Assembly: GCA_040768225.1 (NCBI GenBank)
Contig: JAXGMZ010000001.1
Location: forward strand, 346,591-410,590
Source: Evtepia sp.
GTDB lineage: Bacteria; Bacillota; Clostridia; Oscillospirales; Oscillospiraceae
Length of the DNA stretch: 64,000 nucleotides
Reading direction: 5' to 3'
This document shows, piece after piece, positions 38,111-48,201 of this stretch. The stretch's first letter is position 1. Each line of letters starts with the position of its first letter. A program made the position numbers and the translations under genes. The notes beneath the pieces are model-generated. The model was not told the DNA's origin. It searched no databases and worked only from the letters and a program-made list of their open reading frames with translations.

Positions 38111-40940
38111 TCACTTCCACCCATCAAAGCTGTGCAGCACCGCCGCGACCTGCGCGCGCGTGGCATCGCCCTGCGGCGTGAGTTTCCCCTCGCTGCCCTG
38201 CATCAAACCCGCTCCGCAGGCCCACTGCAGCGCCGCAATGGCGTATTCGGAGATGTCGAAGGCATCCTCATAGGAGAGAATATTGCTCTCCTCGCCCAGA
38301 GATACATCATAGCCCTTCTGCTGCGCGTAGCGGTGGAGAATCGCCGCCATCTGCTCGCGGGTGATCGAATCATTCGGCCCGAAGCCAGCGCCCCCGTAGC
38401 CGCTCACAATCCCATGTTCCGCCGCCCAAGCCACAGCTTCGGCATACCACGCGCCGGGGCTCACATCGGAGAACGCAGCCGCGCCGGCGGCTTCCGGACT
38501 GCCCTCCATCCGCCAGAGCACCGTGACGAGCATGCCGCGCGTCATGCCGAGATCGGGGCTGAAGATCGCCTCCGCCGTGCCCGTCATCAGGCCGCGCAGG
38601 GCGACATACGCGATGTCTTCGCTCGCCCAGTGCGCCGCCGTGTCGCTAAAGTTTGGAGCTTCCCTGTAGCCGATGCCGAAGCTTGAGAAGTGGCCGGTGT
38701 CAAAGAAGAGCGTCTGGGCAGTTTGGCTGTAGCTGGAATTCCAAAGCCACGCCACAGCGCCCGCCCCGTCCACATAGACAGCGAAGAGGCCGCCCGGATG
38801 TTCGCCCTCGGCGGGGGCATAGGGCAGGGAGAGCGCAATCCGGCCGCCGCCGAACTCCGTGATCGCCCGCGCCCCATCAGAGATGGAGAGCCGGTAGAAG
38901 GGGCGGGAGCCGAGGGCAAGTTTTGCCGCGCCCGCAAGGCCCGCCGGGTCAATCCGCTCGGCGGAGATGGTGATCTCTTCGCCCATGTTCCGTAAAATCG
39001 TTTGCAGCGTCTGCAAGTCCAGCGAGAGGGAAATCTGCGGCGTTTTGATCTCTAAATAGCGCACGCCCGCCGCCGTCAAGGCCTGATAGACCCCCCGGCT
39101 GAGGGTCAGGGGCAGGCTGTTAAACTGCGTTTGCAGCCCCGAGAGGTCGATGGAGACGGCGAGGCCGTTTCCATCGCTGCCCGCGCTGGCTGCCAGCGCC
39201 GCGTCGATGGCGCTTTTTACATCCTGCTCTGTGACCCTTACGCTGGCGATGCCGCTCGCGTCCACTGTTGCGGCGGGTGTGACGCTGCCCACGGCGGGCG
39301 GGTTCGGCTGCTCCGGGGTGGGCAGCGGCGTGGCGGCGGTGATGCTGCTGCCGGTGCTGCTGCTCCCGCTCCCTCCGCCGCCTCCGCCGCTAGAGCGGGG
39401 GATTTCTGTCCACTGGGCGTAGAGGGTCATATCTGATGTGACGGTATCCTTTGCAAAATCCCAAACTTCGGCGAATGCTGCATCTTTATACCAAGCGGAA
39501 AAGCTATACCCGTCTCTGGTCGGGTCATCGGGTTTTGTGATAGTTTGCCCATGGGAGATGATAGCTTCAGGAACTGCGCTGCCGCCCTTGACATCAAAGG
39601 TCACGGTGTAGGAATTGAGTGTCCACTGGGCGTAGAGCGTATGGTTTTCGGTCACGGTGACGACGGTAGCCGAAGTAACCTTATCACCGCCCTCGTCAGC
39701 GGTGAACCAGCCGTTAAATGTATAGCCCTCGCGGGTGGGGGTCGGAAGATCGCCGTAGGGATCGCCACTGACGACGGGCTGGGATTCCGGAAACACCGTG
39801 CCGCCCTTGGCATCAAAGGACAGGGTATGACTGGTCTTAAGAATAGGATACGCTACATTAGATAAATTTGTCCAGTTGAGATAATTGTTTGGTGTGGCCT
39901 GTGCCTGCACCCAGTCGTTGAGCGCAGCACAGAGGGTGCCTGTTTTGGTATTTGCGCCAATTGTATAGGAAAAATCGCTCTCCGTGCCCTTGCCCTGTGC
40001 TTCTGTAAATTTTTCGTAGTTTGTGACATTGTTTCCGTTGCCGCCACTCCCGCTAGCAACGCTCGCCGCTGTATTGAGCCAGTAGCAATTGGTCATCGTG
40101 CCACCATTGCTCCTTCCTAGAAGGCCGCCGGCGTCGCTGCTTGCAGTCACCGCGCCTGTGTTATAGCAGTTTGTAACCGTACAGTTATCAGCAATATATC
40201 CCACAAGGCCGCCGGCAAAGCTAACATCGCCGCCGTTTGCCGTCACCGTGTCTGTGTTGTAGCAGTTGGTCACCGTGCTGTCATTTTTAGTATATCCCAC
40301 AACGCCGCCGGCATAGTTTTTTTCCCCCATTGCTTGCAGCCACAGTGCCCATGGTGTTATAGCAGTTCTTCACTGTACCTTCGTTTAGCCCGACAAGGCC
40401 GCCTGCATAAGCTCTTGCACCACCGGTAGCGCTACTTGCGCCTTGGTAGTTGCAGTTGATTATCTTGCCGGTATTAGTATTAAATCCTGCGATGCCGCCA
40501 GCATAATTATCGTCGCTGCCGCTGGCGCTTACGCTGCCCGAAACTGAAAGGTTTTGCACAGTACCTTTCAAAAGCCCGAACAACCCAGCGAAATCAGTGT
40601 TTTTTACCGTCATATTACTGATGCTGTATCCGTCGCCGTCAAATGTGCCGGAAAAATTGCCCATCGGCGTCCAAAGATAGCCGCTCAGGTCGATATTTGC
40701 CGTGAGGGTGACGGTGTTACCGGAAAGAGAATTGTTTTTATCGACCACCTTTGTCAGCCACGCCAGCCCCTCGGCGCTGGAGATGGTGACATCGCCGCTG
40801 CCCTCATCGACAACATACCCATCTGGCTTTTCCGTGACATATTCCGTCCACGTTTCCGGATCCGCCGCCCAGGCCGCCATCGGCAGCAGGGCGAGCAGCA
40901 TGCAGGCCGCCAGCAGGGTGGATAATACTCGTTTTTTCAT
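38111..40940 (-). pseudogene. GLUG-repeat + InlB-B-repeat + SLH adhesin-like protein, frameshifted
   Basis: ORFs 40287-40940 and 38111-40330 join (ASNGGKNYAGG) if one base is removed from the GGGGG-AAAAAAA tract at 40317-40328; YAGG..G.N GLUG motifs; PTREGYTFNGW and PTRDGYSFSAWY repeats; C-terminal SLH domains. Confidence 0.85.
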
Positions 40941-40978
40941 GCTTCTTCCTCCTCAAAATAGCGCAGATAAAAAGCCTT

Positions 40979-40994
40979 CTACCTATATAGGTAC
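40979..40994. promoter_or_regulatory. Candidate LuxR box 3
   Basis: CTACC-TATATA-GGTAC, about 40 bp upstream of the SLH adhesin ATG. Confidence 0.5.
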
Positions 40995-41135
40995 AAAAAA
41001 CGGCAAAACTACGCACCCGAGAATGAAAAAATTTTAAAATATTTTTTAAGCAAGAATCCACCGGAGTGAAACGCACGCCTAATGCCAGAGCGCATGGCCC
41101 AGCGCGCTCCGGTGCGGATGCCCCTCTCCTTACCC

Positions 41136-41297
41136 TCACTGCGCCAGAAAGCCTTCTTCCGAATCGGTGCGCCCCGCGGCGGCAGACAGTCCGGCAGCGG
41201 CACCGATGACGACGGCATCCGCCTCTGTTCTCTCTGTTTTTAAACGCTGCAGCTTCATCTTCTCACCGCCGGGGACGGTGTTCTTTTTAAACATCAT
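41136..41297 (-). pseudogene. 53-aa 5' remnant of a class M (SirTM-type) sirtuin
   Basis: MMFKK...EADAVVIGAAAGLSAAAGRTDSEEGF resembles ADAIVIGAGAGLSTSAGFTYSGERF, then stops. Confidence 0.6.
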
Positions 41298-41313
41298 ATT
41301 TCATCACTGCCTT

Positions 41314-41751
41314 TTATGACAAGTTCCAAATCTCAATGCCCGCATTGCCGTCAACGATTCTGCCGATCTTCTCTTCCGCCGGGGTCAATATGATTTCGCC
41401 GGTATAGCTGATTTCCGCTTCTTCCAGATGCCCGGCGGTCATGGCAACTTCCCCCTTATCCTTGAGGCAGGAAAAAACCGCGTGGCCATGGAGAAACGGC
41501 TGCCCGTTCTGATCGGTCGAGATATTGCCCATCAAGGAGATCATCTCCAGCATGCCGGTGATGCTGTGGTGGATAAAGTCCTCCTTTTCCGGAACCCAGG
41601 TGGATAAAACCGCCTTGCCGCAGGCACCGATGCCCTGAAAACATCCGGCTTCCACCCGCTCTTTTTTGCAGACCTTTTTGATTGTCTCCACCACCTCTTC
41701 TCCCTTGTCAATCCGGAGGTAGATGGCGCTTTTTTCTTTCCTGTACTCCAT
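41314..41751 (-). CDS. PPC-domain (DUF296) protein
   Basis: YLRIDKGEEV, GIGA, EMISLMGNIS, HGHAVFS, GHL. Confidence 0.88.
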   Translation of the reverse strand: MEYRKEKSAIYLRIDKGEEVVETIKKVCKKERVEAGCFQGIGACGKAVLSTWVPEKEDFIHHSITGMLEMISLMGNISTDQNGQPFLHGHAVFSCLKDKGEVAMTAGHLEEAEISYTGEIILTPAEEKIGRIVDGNAGIEIWNLS

Positions 41752-41853
41752 TCTAATTTCTCCTTTCAGCCGCGCGGCTGATCTGGCTTGGGCCGCTTCT
41801 TCCTTTCAGTTCTTCAGGCAAAATTCTTCTCATCTTGATATATCTTTTGTAAT

Positions 41854-42801
41854 TTATATTGTTACGACAATCTTCCCGTTCACCCTGCCTGTATCCAGCG
41901 CGATGCAGGCTTTTTGGATATCCGAAAAGGCAAAGGTTTCTCCGATGCACGGCTCCAGCTGATGGGCCTTTATAAAATCGAAAATGTCATCTATTATCGG
42001 CTGAGTCGGATAATTGCTGAAAAACCCCGTCAGATATACGCCGTTTGGAATCTCCTTGATGGGGTCAAAGCCGTCTAAGGCATACACGCCCCCAAGCACG
42101 CCGGTGTTGCAGACAATGCCGCCCGGCTCTACCGTTTTCAGCGTATCCCGCAGGGTTTTCGGCCCCACCAGCTCCAGCGCCTTTGTCACACCGGAAAATG
42201 CTCCCGCAAGCATTCCTGTGTCTACCACCGCTTCATCTGCCTCCGCAATCAGGGGTAACTTTTCCTCTTTATGGGTGGTGGCGATGACCTTGGAGCCGAG
42301 GGCCTTTGCCAGCTGCATGGCGGCATAGCCCAAGGCGCTGGTTGCCCCACGAATCAAAAGCGTATCATCCGGACGCAGCCGCAGGCATTCAAACAAAGAA
42401 CCCCATGCGGTAAAATAAGTCTCCGGTACGGCGGCCAGCCTGCTCCACGGCAGGTCTGAATCAATGGAAAAGATCTGTTTGGCCGGCAAAAGGGCATATT
42501 CGGCGTAGCTGCCGTGGAAGCTTCTGCCCATGCCGCCCATGAGCGCGGCCACCCTTTGCCCCGTCTGAAAACGGCTGTCTGAGGGGTCGGCGATTTCTCC
42601 CACGCACTCAATGCCCGGAATGATGGGCTTTTGAATATAGTCTGCACGGATTTCCGAAAGCCGCAAAATCTGCTCGGAATGGTTCAGGCCAAATGCTTTG
42701 ACCTGAACAAGAACCCAGCCGGGCCGCACCTTTGGAATGTCTGTCTCCTCCAAACGCAGCTGCTCCGCGGGCGTTACATCACGCAGTATGACTGCTTTCA
42801 T
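41854..42801 (-). CDS. MDR-family zinc-independent (quinone) oxidoreductase
   Basis: VKAFGLNHSE, PGIECVG, GSYAEY, IRGATSALG, GKIVV. Confidence 0.88.
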   Translation of the reverse strand: MKAVILRDVTPAEQLRLEETDIPKVRPGWVLVQVKAFGLNHSEQILRLSEIRADYIQKPIIPGIECVGEIADPSDSRFQTGQRVAALMGGMGRSFHGSYAEYALLPAKQIFSIDSDLPWSRLAAVPETYFTAWGSLFECLRLRPDDTLLIRGATSALGYAAMQLAKALGSKVIATTHKEEKLPLIAEADEAVVDTGMLAGAFSGVTKALELVGPKTLRDTLKTVEPGGIVCNTGVLGGVYALDGFDPIKEIPNGVYLTGFFSNYPTQPIIDDIFDFIKAHQLEPCIGETFAFSDIQKACIALDTGRVNGKIVVTI

Positions 42802-43840
42802 CGCTCGAGACCTCCTTCCAGCACTGTGGGTCGGCAGCGTAAAAGCTGCCGTTCGTGCCCCTTGCCACGGCGGGGCAGCCCCTGCAATAGGCCATCAGTT
42901 CACATTTGGCACATGTTTGAAACTTGCCATAGTCCCGATATCGCTCCATCTCGCAGACCCACACATCCGCAAGCCTGTCCTCAAACACATTGCCCACTTT
43001 GCTCTCCTGCACCCGGCGGCAGGCGTAGATGTCGCCGGCGGGCAGGATGGTGATATGGCAGTTTCCGCAGTTGCAGCCGCCGTAAATCATGCCGTCCTCG
43101 GCATCCTCGGGGATTTTGAAAATCCCCTCTTCATACTCATAGAGCCTCCAGAGGTGGTCTTTGCGGTTGAAGTAGGTCTCGCAGCCCTCCGCTTCGTATT
43201 TTTCATATTTTTGATGGCAGGCATCCAGCAGGGCCCGATATTCCCCGGGGCTGATGCCGATACCCGCTTCCTCCCCGCTGGGGCAATAGCGGGCAAAGGC
43301 AAAGACATTGGCCCCAGCCCGCACAACGGTGTCGATCATATCCGGAACTTCTTTGATATTCCTGCCGGACACGGTGCTCATGATCACGGAGCGGATGCCC
43401 GCCCGGTTGATGCAGCCAATTTTTTCAAGGGTGATCTCAAAGCTCCCGGGTTTTCGAAACCAGTCGTGGGTCTCCCGCATCCCGTCGAGCGAGAGCTGGT
43501 ATTTCTGGCATCCGCACTCCTTCAGCTGCCGGCAGACTTCATCATTCAGATGAAAGGGATTGCCCAGAATGGTAAAGGGAATGCCTCGTTCCTTCATAAG
43601 CGCTAAAAGCCGCCAAAAATCCGGATGCAAGATCGGGTCTCCCCCTGTGATGTAAAAGTAAGGCAGGCGCTTATATACCTCGCAGAAGTCCAAACAGTTA
43701 TAGAAGGTGTCCTCTATCTGCTCCCAACTCATGGAGGCAAGCTGCTTGCAGTTTCCGCCCGAAAAGATGTAACAGTGCTTGCAGCGCTGGTCGCACGCAT
43801 CCGTGATGTGCCATTGAAACGAAAAATATTCCCTCATCAT
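42779..43840 (-). CDS. acgM: Radical SAM/SPASM maturase, ACGX system
   Basis: CDQRCKHC cluster motif; SPASM GCNCG...YACRR...CAKC...CRGCPA; adjacent ACGX peptide. Confidence 0.85.
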   Translation of the reverse strand: MMREYFSFQWHITDACDQRCKHCYIFSGGNCKQLASMSWEQIEDTFYNCLDFCEVYKRLPYFYITGGDPILHPDFWRLLALMKERGIPFTILGNPFHLNDEVCRQLKECGCQKYQLSLDGMRETHDWFRKPGSFEITLEKIGCINRAGIRSVIMSTVSGRNIKEVPDMIDTVVRAGANVFAFARYCPSGEEAGIGISPGEYRALLDACHQKYEKYEAEGCETYFNRKDHLWRLYEYEEGIFKIPEDAEDGMIYGGCNCGNCHITILPAGDIYACRRVQESKVGNVFEDRLADVWVCEMERYRDYGKFQTCAKCELMAYCRGCPAVARGTNGSFYAADPQCWKEVSSDESSHTA

Positions 43841-43889
43841 GCTCTCCCCACCTTATGTAAAATCGGTGTTACCGACCAAACTCTCGTGT

Positions 43890-43919
43890 GCTCCCGGCGG
43901 GAACAGATCCGCCGGGAGC
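43890..43919 (-). terminator. Hairpin between precursor and maturase
   Basis: gctcccggcgg-gaacagat-ccgccgggagc. Confidence 0.6.
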
Positions 43920-43938
43920 GGCTTTGGAATCAAAGGAT

Positions 43939-44082
43939 TTACTTATCGCCCGCGCCGCAGGCAGTGGGCTTTTCTTCCGGCTTGTCACCGGCTCCGCAAG
44001 CGGCAGGCTTGTCAGATGCGCCGCAGGCAGAGGAAGCAGCGGCCCCCTTCTTATTCCAGCCGGACAGATTGGAACGTGCCAT
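43939..44082 (-). CDS. acgA: ACGX-repeat RiPP precursor peptide (47 aa)
   Basis: MARSNLSGWNKKGAAASSACGASDKPAACGAGDKPEEKPTACGAGDK; three ACGA motifs; RBS ggaggg. Confidence 0.85.
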   Translation of the reverse strand: MARSNLSGWNKKGAAASSACGASDKPAACGAGDKPEEKPTACGAGDK

Positions 44083-44355
44083 TTTGTTTCCCTCCGTTCC
44101 CGTATTCAGCGGGTCTTTCAGACCCGCTGTGCCCATCACCCTACACAGCTTTCGGGGCGCGCGCAAGTACGCAGCTTTTTGTGGGATAGGCACTTTTTTG
44201 TAAGCTTTGGGCCCTCGCAGACCTTCCGAGGCGGCGCGCGCTGCTCTGTCGGTTCAAGCTGTGCGGATTGCAAACCATTGCCTGCTATGTTATTATGCAT
44301 GGCATGCAATATTTAAAATGGAATGTAACACTTAAATTTCAGAGGGGATGAAAGT

Positions 44356-44688
44356 ATGAAGAAAAAGGACGAATTGCCGGCCTGCCCGGTGGCGACCACC
44401 GTACAACTGATCGGCAGCAAGTGGAAGCTTCTCATTCTGCGAAATTTGCTGACCCGCCCCTGGCGCTTTAATGAACTGCAAAAAAATTTGGATGGAATCA
44501 GCCAGAAGGTGCTGACGGACAGCCTGCGCTCCATGGAGGCGGACGGCATCATCACACGCACCGTTTTCCCTGAAGTGCCGCCGCGGGTGGAATATGCCTT
44601 GAGCGATCTCGGCGAATCCATGCGGCCGGTGATCCGCACGATGGAGGAGTGGGGAAGCAGCTATCGGGAGAATTGCGAAAGCAAGTAA
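44356..44688 (+). CDS. HxlR-family winged-helix regulator
   Basis: CPVATTVQLIGSKWK...RFNELQK..GISQKVLT...PPRVEYALS. Confidence 0.92.
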   Translation: MKKKDELPACPVATTVQLIGSKWKLLILRNLLTRPWRFNELQKNLDGISQKVLTDSLRSMEADGIITRTVFPEVPPRVEYALSDLGESMRPVIRTMEEWGSSYRENCESK

Positions 44689-44799
44689 CACATACCGCCG
44701 GCCAGTGGGCATTGATCACATCAAAAAATTACTGGCTTTTGAGATGTAGAAACGATCCGAGCGTTTAATCACTGCTTCGATTTATTTATGATATACATA

Positions 44800-44828
44800 T
44801 TGACATTTTTCAATCTGAGGTATATACT
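44800..44828 (+). promoter_or_regulatory. sigmaA promoter with overlapping ArsR-type inverted repeat
   Basis: TTGACA-17-TATACT; ATTGA-N6-TCAAT over the -35 and again at attgaatcttatcaat before the start. Confidence 0.75.
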
Positions 44829-44857
44829 CATAACAAATTGAATCTTATCAATATGAG

Positions 44858-45184
44858 GTGAGTCTATTGGAAAATCGTCATGGAAAGAGCGCAAGGGTAT
44901 TCAAAGCCTTTTGCGATGAAAACCGCCTGCAAGTTCTCGAACTGTTGCAGAGCGGTGAAAAATGCGCTTGCGTCCTGCTGGAGGATTTGAAAATCAGTCA
45001 GCCAACACTCTCGCATCACATGAAAATCCTCTGTGAGAGCGGCATTGTCACGGGGCGAAAAGAGGGAAAGTGGACGCACTATTCCATTTCTAATGAGGGT
45101 GCACAGGCTGCGCAAGCTCTTTTGACAAGCTTGACCACTGTAACCGTTATCCATGAGAGCGCAGGCGAAGCGGTATGCGGGTAG
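44858..45184 (+). CDS. ArsR/SmtB-family regulator
   Basis: FKAFCDENRL...EKCACVLLEDLKISQPTLSHHMKIL. Confidence 0.92.
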   Translation: MSLLENRHGKSARVFKAFCDENRLQVLELLQSGEKCACVLLEDLKISQPTLSHHMKILCESGIVTGRKEGKWTHYSISNEGAQAAQALLTSLTTVTVIHESAGEAVCG

Positions 45185-46176
45185 TGTGGGATTTTCTTCA
45201 AAATCAAGTCCTCGGTATGAAGTGGCTCAATGATTTCATCGGAAGTTTGCTTACAAGCTTTGGGCTTGATATTACATCAAGGCTCGGGGGCAGCGTCCAC
45301 TTTTTCATCTACGACGTGATTAAAATTGTGGCGCTGCTCTGCGTGCTGATCTACGGCATCTCCTATATCCAAAGCTATTTCCCGCCCGAGCGAAGCAAGA
45401 AGATACTGGGGCGCTTCCGCGGCATCGGCGCAAACTGCATGGCCGCTTTATTGGGCACGGTGACACCATTTTGCTCCTGCTCATCCATCCCTCTGTTCAT
45501 CGGCTTTAGCAGTGCGGGCTTACCGCTTGGTGTAAGCTTTTCCTTTCTCATCTCCTCACCAATGGTGGACTTAGGGTCGCTGGTGCTGCTCATGAGTATA
45601 TTTGGAGCGCCTATCGCAATTGCCTATGTGCTGGTGGGGCTTGTGATTGCTGTGGTCGGCGGCACTATCATCGAAAAGCTGCACGTGGAAAAGTATGTCG
45701 AGGAATACATCACCTCCGCCCAGAGCACGGACATTGAAGCCGCCGATTTCACACAGAAAGACCGGCTGCAATACGCTTGGGACCAAATGCGGGATACCTT
45801 CAAAAAAGTGTTTCCCTATATCCTGATCGGCGTGGGCATCGGCGCTGGCATCCATAACTGGATTCCTGAAAGCTGGATTGAAACAGTGCTTGGCAGCAAC
45901 AATCCCTTCTCGGTTATTTTGGCAACGCTGGTGGGCGTGCCCATGTACGCCGACATTTTTGGCACCATCCCCGTGGCTGAGGCGCTTTACGCCAAAGGGG
46001 CGCAACTTGGCGCGATCCTCGCCTTTATGATGGGTGTCACCACTCTGTCCCTGCCCTCCATGATTATGCTGCGCAAGGCTGTAAAGCCCAAGCTGCTGGC
46101 GCTGTTTATCGCCATTTGCACCACGGGGATTATCATCGTGGGGTATCTGTTTAACGCATTTCAGTTTTTATTTTAG
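45175..46176 (+). CDS. ArsP/DUF318-type permease
   Basis: TPFCSCSSIPLF, ISSPMVD, GVPMY, SLPSMIML. Confidence 0.9.
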   Translation: MRVVWDFLQNQVLGMKWLNDFIGSLLTSFGLDITSRLGGSVHFFIYDVIKIVALLCVLIYGISYIQSYFPPERSKKILGRFRGIGANCMAALLGTVTPFCSCSSIPLFIGFSSAGLPLGVSFSFLISSPMVDLGSLVLLMSIFGAPIAIAYVLVGLVIAVVGGTIIEKLHVEKYVEEYITSAQSTDIEAADFTQKDRLQYAWDQMRDTFKKVFPYILIGVGIGAGIHNWIPESWIETVLGSNNPFSVILATLVGVPMYADIFGTIPVAEALYAKGAQLGAILAFMMGVTTLSLPSMIMLRKAVKPKLLALFIAICTTGIIIVGYLFNAFQFLF

Positions 46177-46476
46177 GGCGGTTCCATGATGGCATTATTT
46201 CAAAAAAGACCATACATTTTAATTTTTGATGTGAGGAACCGGACACTTGATCTATTCGATTGTCAAGCTACATTGGCTTTTGCCAAGCACAGTATCCCAC
46301 AACTTTTTGAGCCAAACTATATCAAAAAAGAAGAAGATGCAATATTTATACGGCCGCTATAGGAGAAAGGTTCCAAAGTAATCTGATAATGAATCCCGTC
46401 GTTTCATGATTCGCTTTGGGTATAAAATAAGCAGCGTGTTTGAGCTGGTGTTTACTCTTCAAGGATGGAGTAGCAT

Positions 46477-47061
46477 TTATACCCCCAAAAACCCATTGAT
46501 CTGTTTCTTGGCCGCTTGCGCTTGTTCTTCGTTGTAATACCGGGAATAGGGGTCTAAGAACCCGTGCTTCGCCTGAAACACGCACAGCTTAGTTTTTGCC
46601 TTTTTCCGCAAAACCGCTGCAACATCATTTACATTAAATGAATCTTCTAAGGCAAAAAGCAGCAGAACAGGGCATGCCGGGGACAGATTCCTATAATCAC
46701 GGATTCGAGATCCATAGCAGCAGATGATGCCGTCACACAGTTTGCTTGTACAGCACCGCCACGCAAGGGTAGCCCCAACGCTAAACCCCATAACGTATAG
46801 CTTATCATATGCGGGTCTTAAGGCTTCAAGCAGAGCTTCAATCCTATAGTAGTAGTCAAAACCAACTTCACTATTGAAAAAGGCATATGCCCTCTCCGTT
46901 TCATGATAAGCGAAGTGATTTTTGGAGAGCATATCGGGGCAATATATATCCAAGCCCTTTGCATGATATTCGGCGCAGGTATCCCTGATGAAATCATTCA
47001 TGCCATAGATCTCATGCAATATAATTATGGCAGACTTATTCTTGCCTAGCATCTTGAGCAC
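46477..47061 (-). CDS. Dienelactone hydrolase family protein
   Basis: LHEIYGMN, GFSVGAT, YGSRIR, AKHGF. Confidence 0.85.
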   Translation of the reverse strand: MLKMLGKNKSAIIILHEIYGMNDFIRDTCAEYHAKGLDIYCPDMLSKNHFAYHETERAYAFFNSEVGFDYYYRIEALLEALRPAYDKLYVMGFSVGATLAWRCCTSKLCDGIICCYGSRIRDYRNLSPACPVLLLFALEDSFNVNDVAAVLRKKAKTKLCVFQAKHGFLDPYSRYYNEEQAQAAKKQINGFLGV

Positions 47062-47259
47062 CAGACCACCTCACGTCATAAGTAAACTTCAACAGGGTAA
47101 ACGTTCGGCAGACATCGCTTCTGTTTACTTGCTGTTAGTCTGTGACTTACCCTTGGGTTACTACTTGCGAAACGTATTCTTCGTTGTTAATTATATTGTA
47201 TATCTATCAAGCGGGCAAGATTTCGTTTTCATACGTCAAGTGAAAAAGGAGAAAAAACA

Positions 47260-47901
47260 ATGATTCCATCAGAGTATCATTTATATCCGTTTACCACTTA
47301 TGTGAAGCCCATTAACCTTTCCTTTCATCAGTATTTACTTTTGACAGAGGAGCCTGTCCTGTTCCATACGGGCAGTGCCCAACAGGCTGCGGCTCTGCTG
47401 CCGCGGTTGGAGGAAATCCTTGCAACCCGGCCGCTAAGGCACATCTTCGTCTCGCATTTTGAATCCGATGAATGCGGCGGCTTGACACTGTTGCTCGGCA
47501 GATACCCCGACGCATCGGTTATCTGTTCTGAAGTCACCGCACGTCAGCTGGCAGGCTTTGGGCATCAATGCAGCTTGGATGTGAAAAAACCGGGGGATCA
47601 TCTTATAACGGATTTTTTTGACCTCCAGTTCATTGGATACCCTTCTGAAATGCATCTTTGGGAGGGGTTGCTGGCCTATGAACACAGACGCAAGATTTTT
47701 TTCAGCAGTGATTTGATGCTCCGCTGGGGCGAGACGGATGGCTCCCTCATTCGCTCAAACTGGAAAGATGAAGTAAGCGGTATTTCGGCTGAACAGATTC
47801 CCGATCCGCAGCGGCTGCTCCGCCTGCAGGAGGAATTATTGCGCTTTTCCCCGGATATCATTGCGACCGGGCACGGGCCGATCATCGATTTAAGGGAATG
47901 A
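47260..47901 (+). CDS. Metallo-beta-lactamase-fold (FprA/ODP-like) protein
   Basis: FHTG, FVSHFESDECGG, HLWEG, FSSDL, TGHG. Confidence 0.8.
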   Translation: MIPSEYHLYPFTTYVKPINLSFHQYLLLTEEPVLFHTGSAQQAAALLPRLEEILATRPLRHIFVSHFESDECGGLTLLLGRYPDASVICSEVTARQLAGFGHQCSLDVKKPGDHLITDFFDLQFIGYPSEMHLWEGLLAYEHRRKIFFSSDLMLRWGETDGSLIRSNWKDEVSGISAEQIPDPQRLLRLQEELLRFSPDIIATGHGPIIDLRE

Positions 47902-48201
47902 TACTTTTTCGTCTATCTTAAAAATAGCATGTTGTAAACTCATGGAACCGTTATGCGCAAATAGCCGGGGATGATAAGATTCTTTTCCCCGCGGGCCGCA
48001 TAAGGGCTGCCCTGTTGACTAAGATCGAATCCACGGAACAGACGCTATAACTTGAAATAAGCAGCCGATATAGATGTAAACGGCTATTTTCAAAAGGGTG
48101 ACGGATAAAACCGTCACCCTTTGGTGATTATTCTTCGTCAATGTGCTATCATGATTCTGTCCGGGAATAAAAGCCCAATCGAAACAGTTTTGTGAAAGAA
48201 G

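Noticed and set aside
16444-41300. tRNA-Gly as the integration site of the surface-protein cluster
   Set aside because: No duplicated tRNA-Gly 3' end and no integrase found; only a chance 9-mer near 41652.
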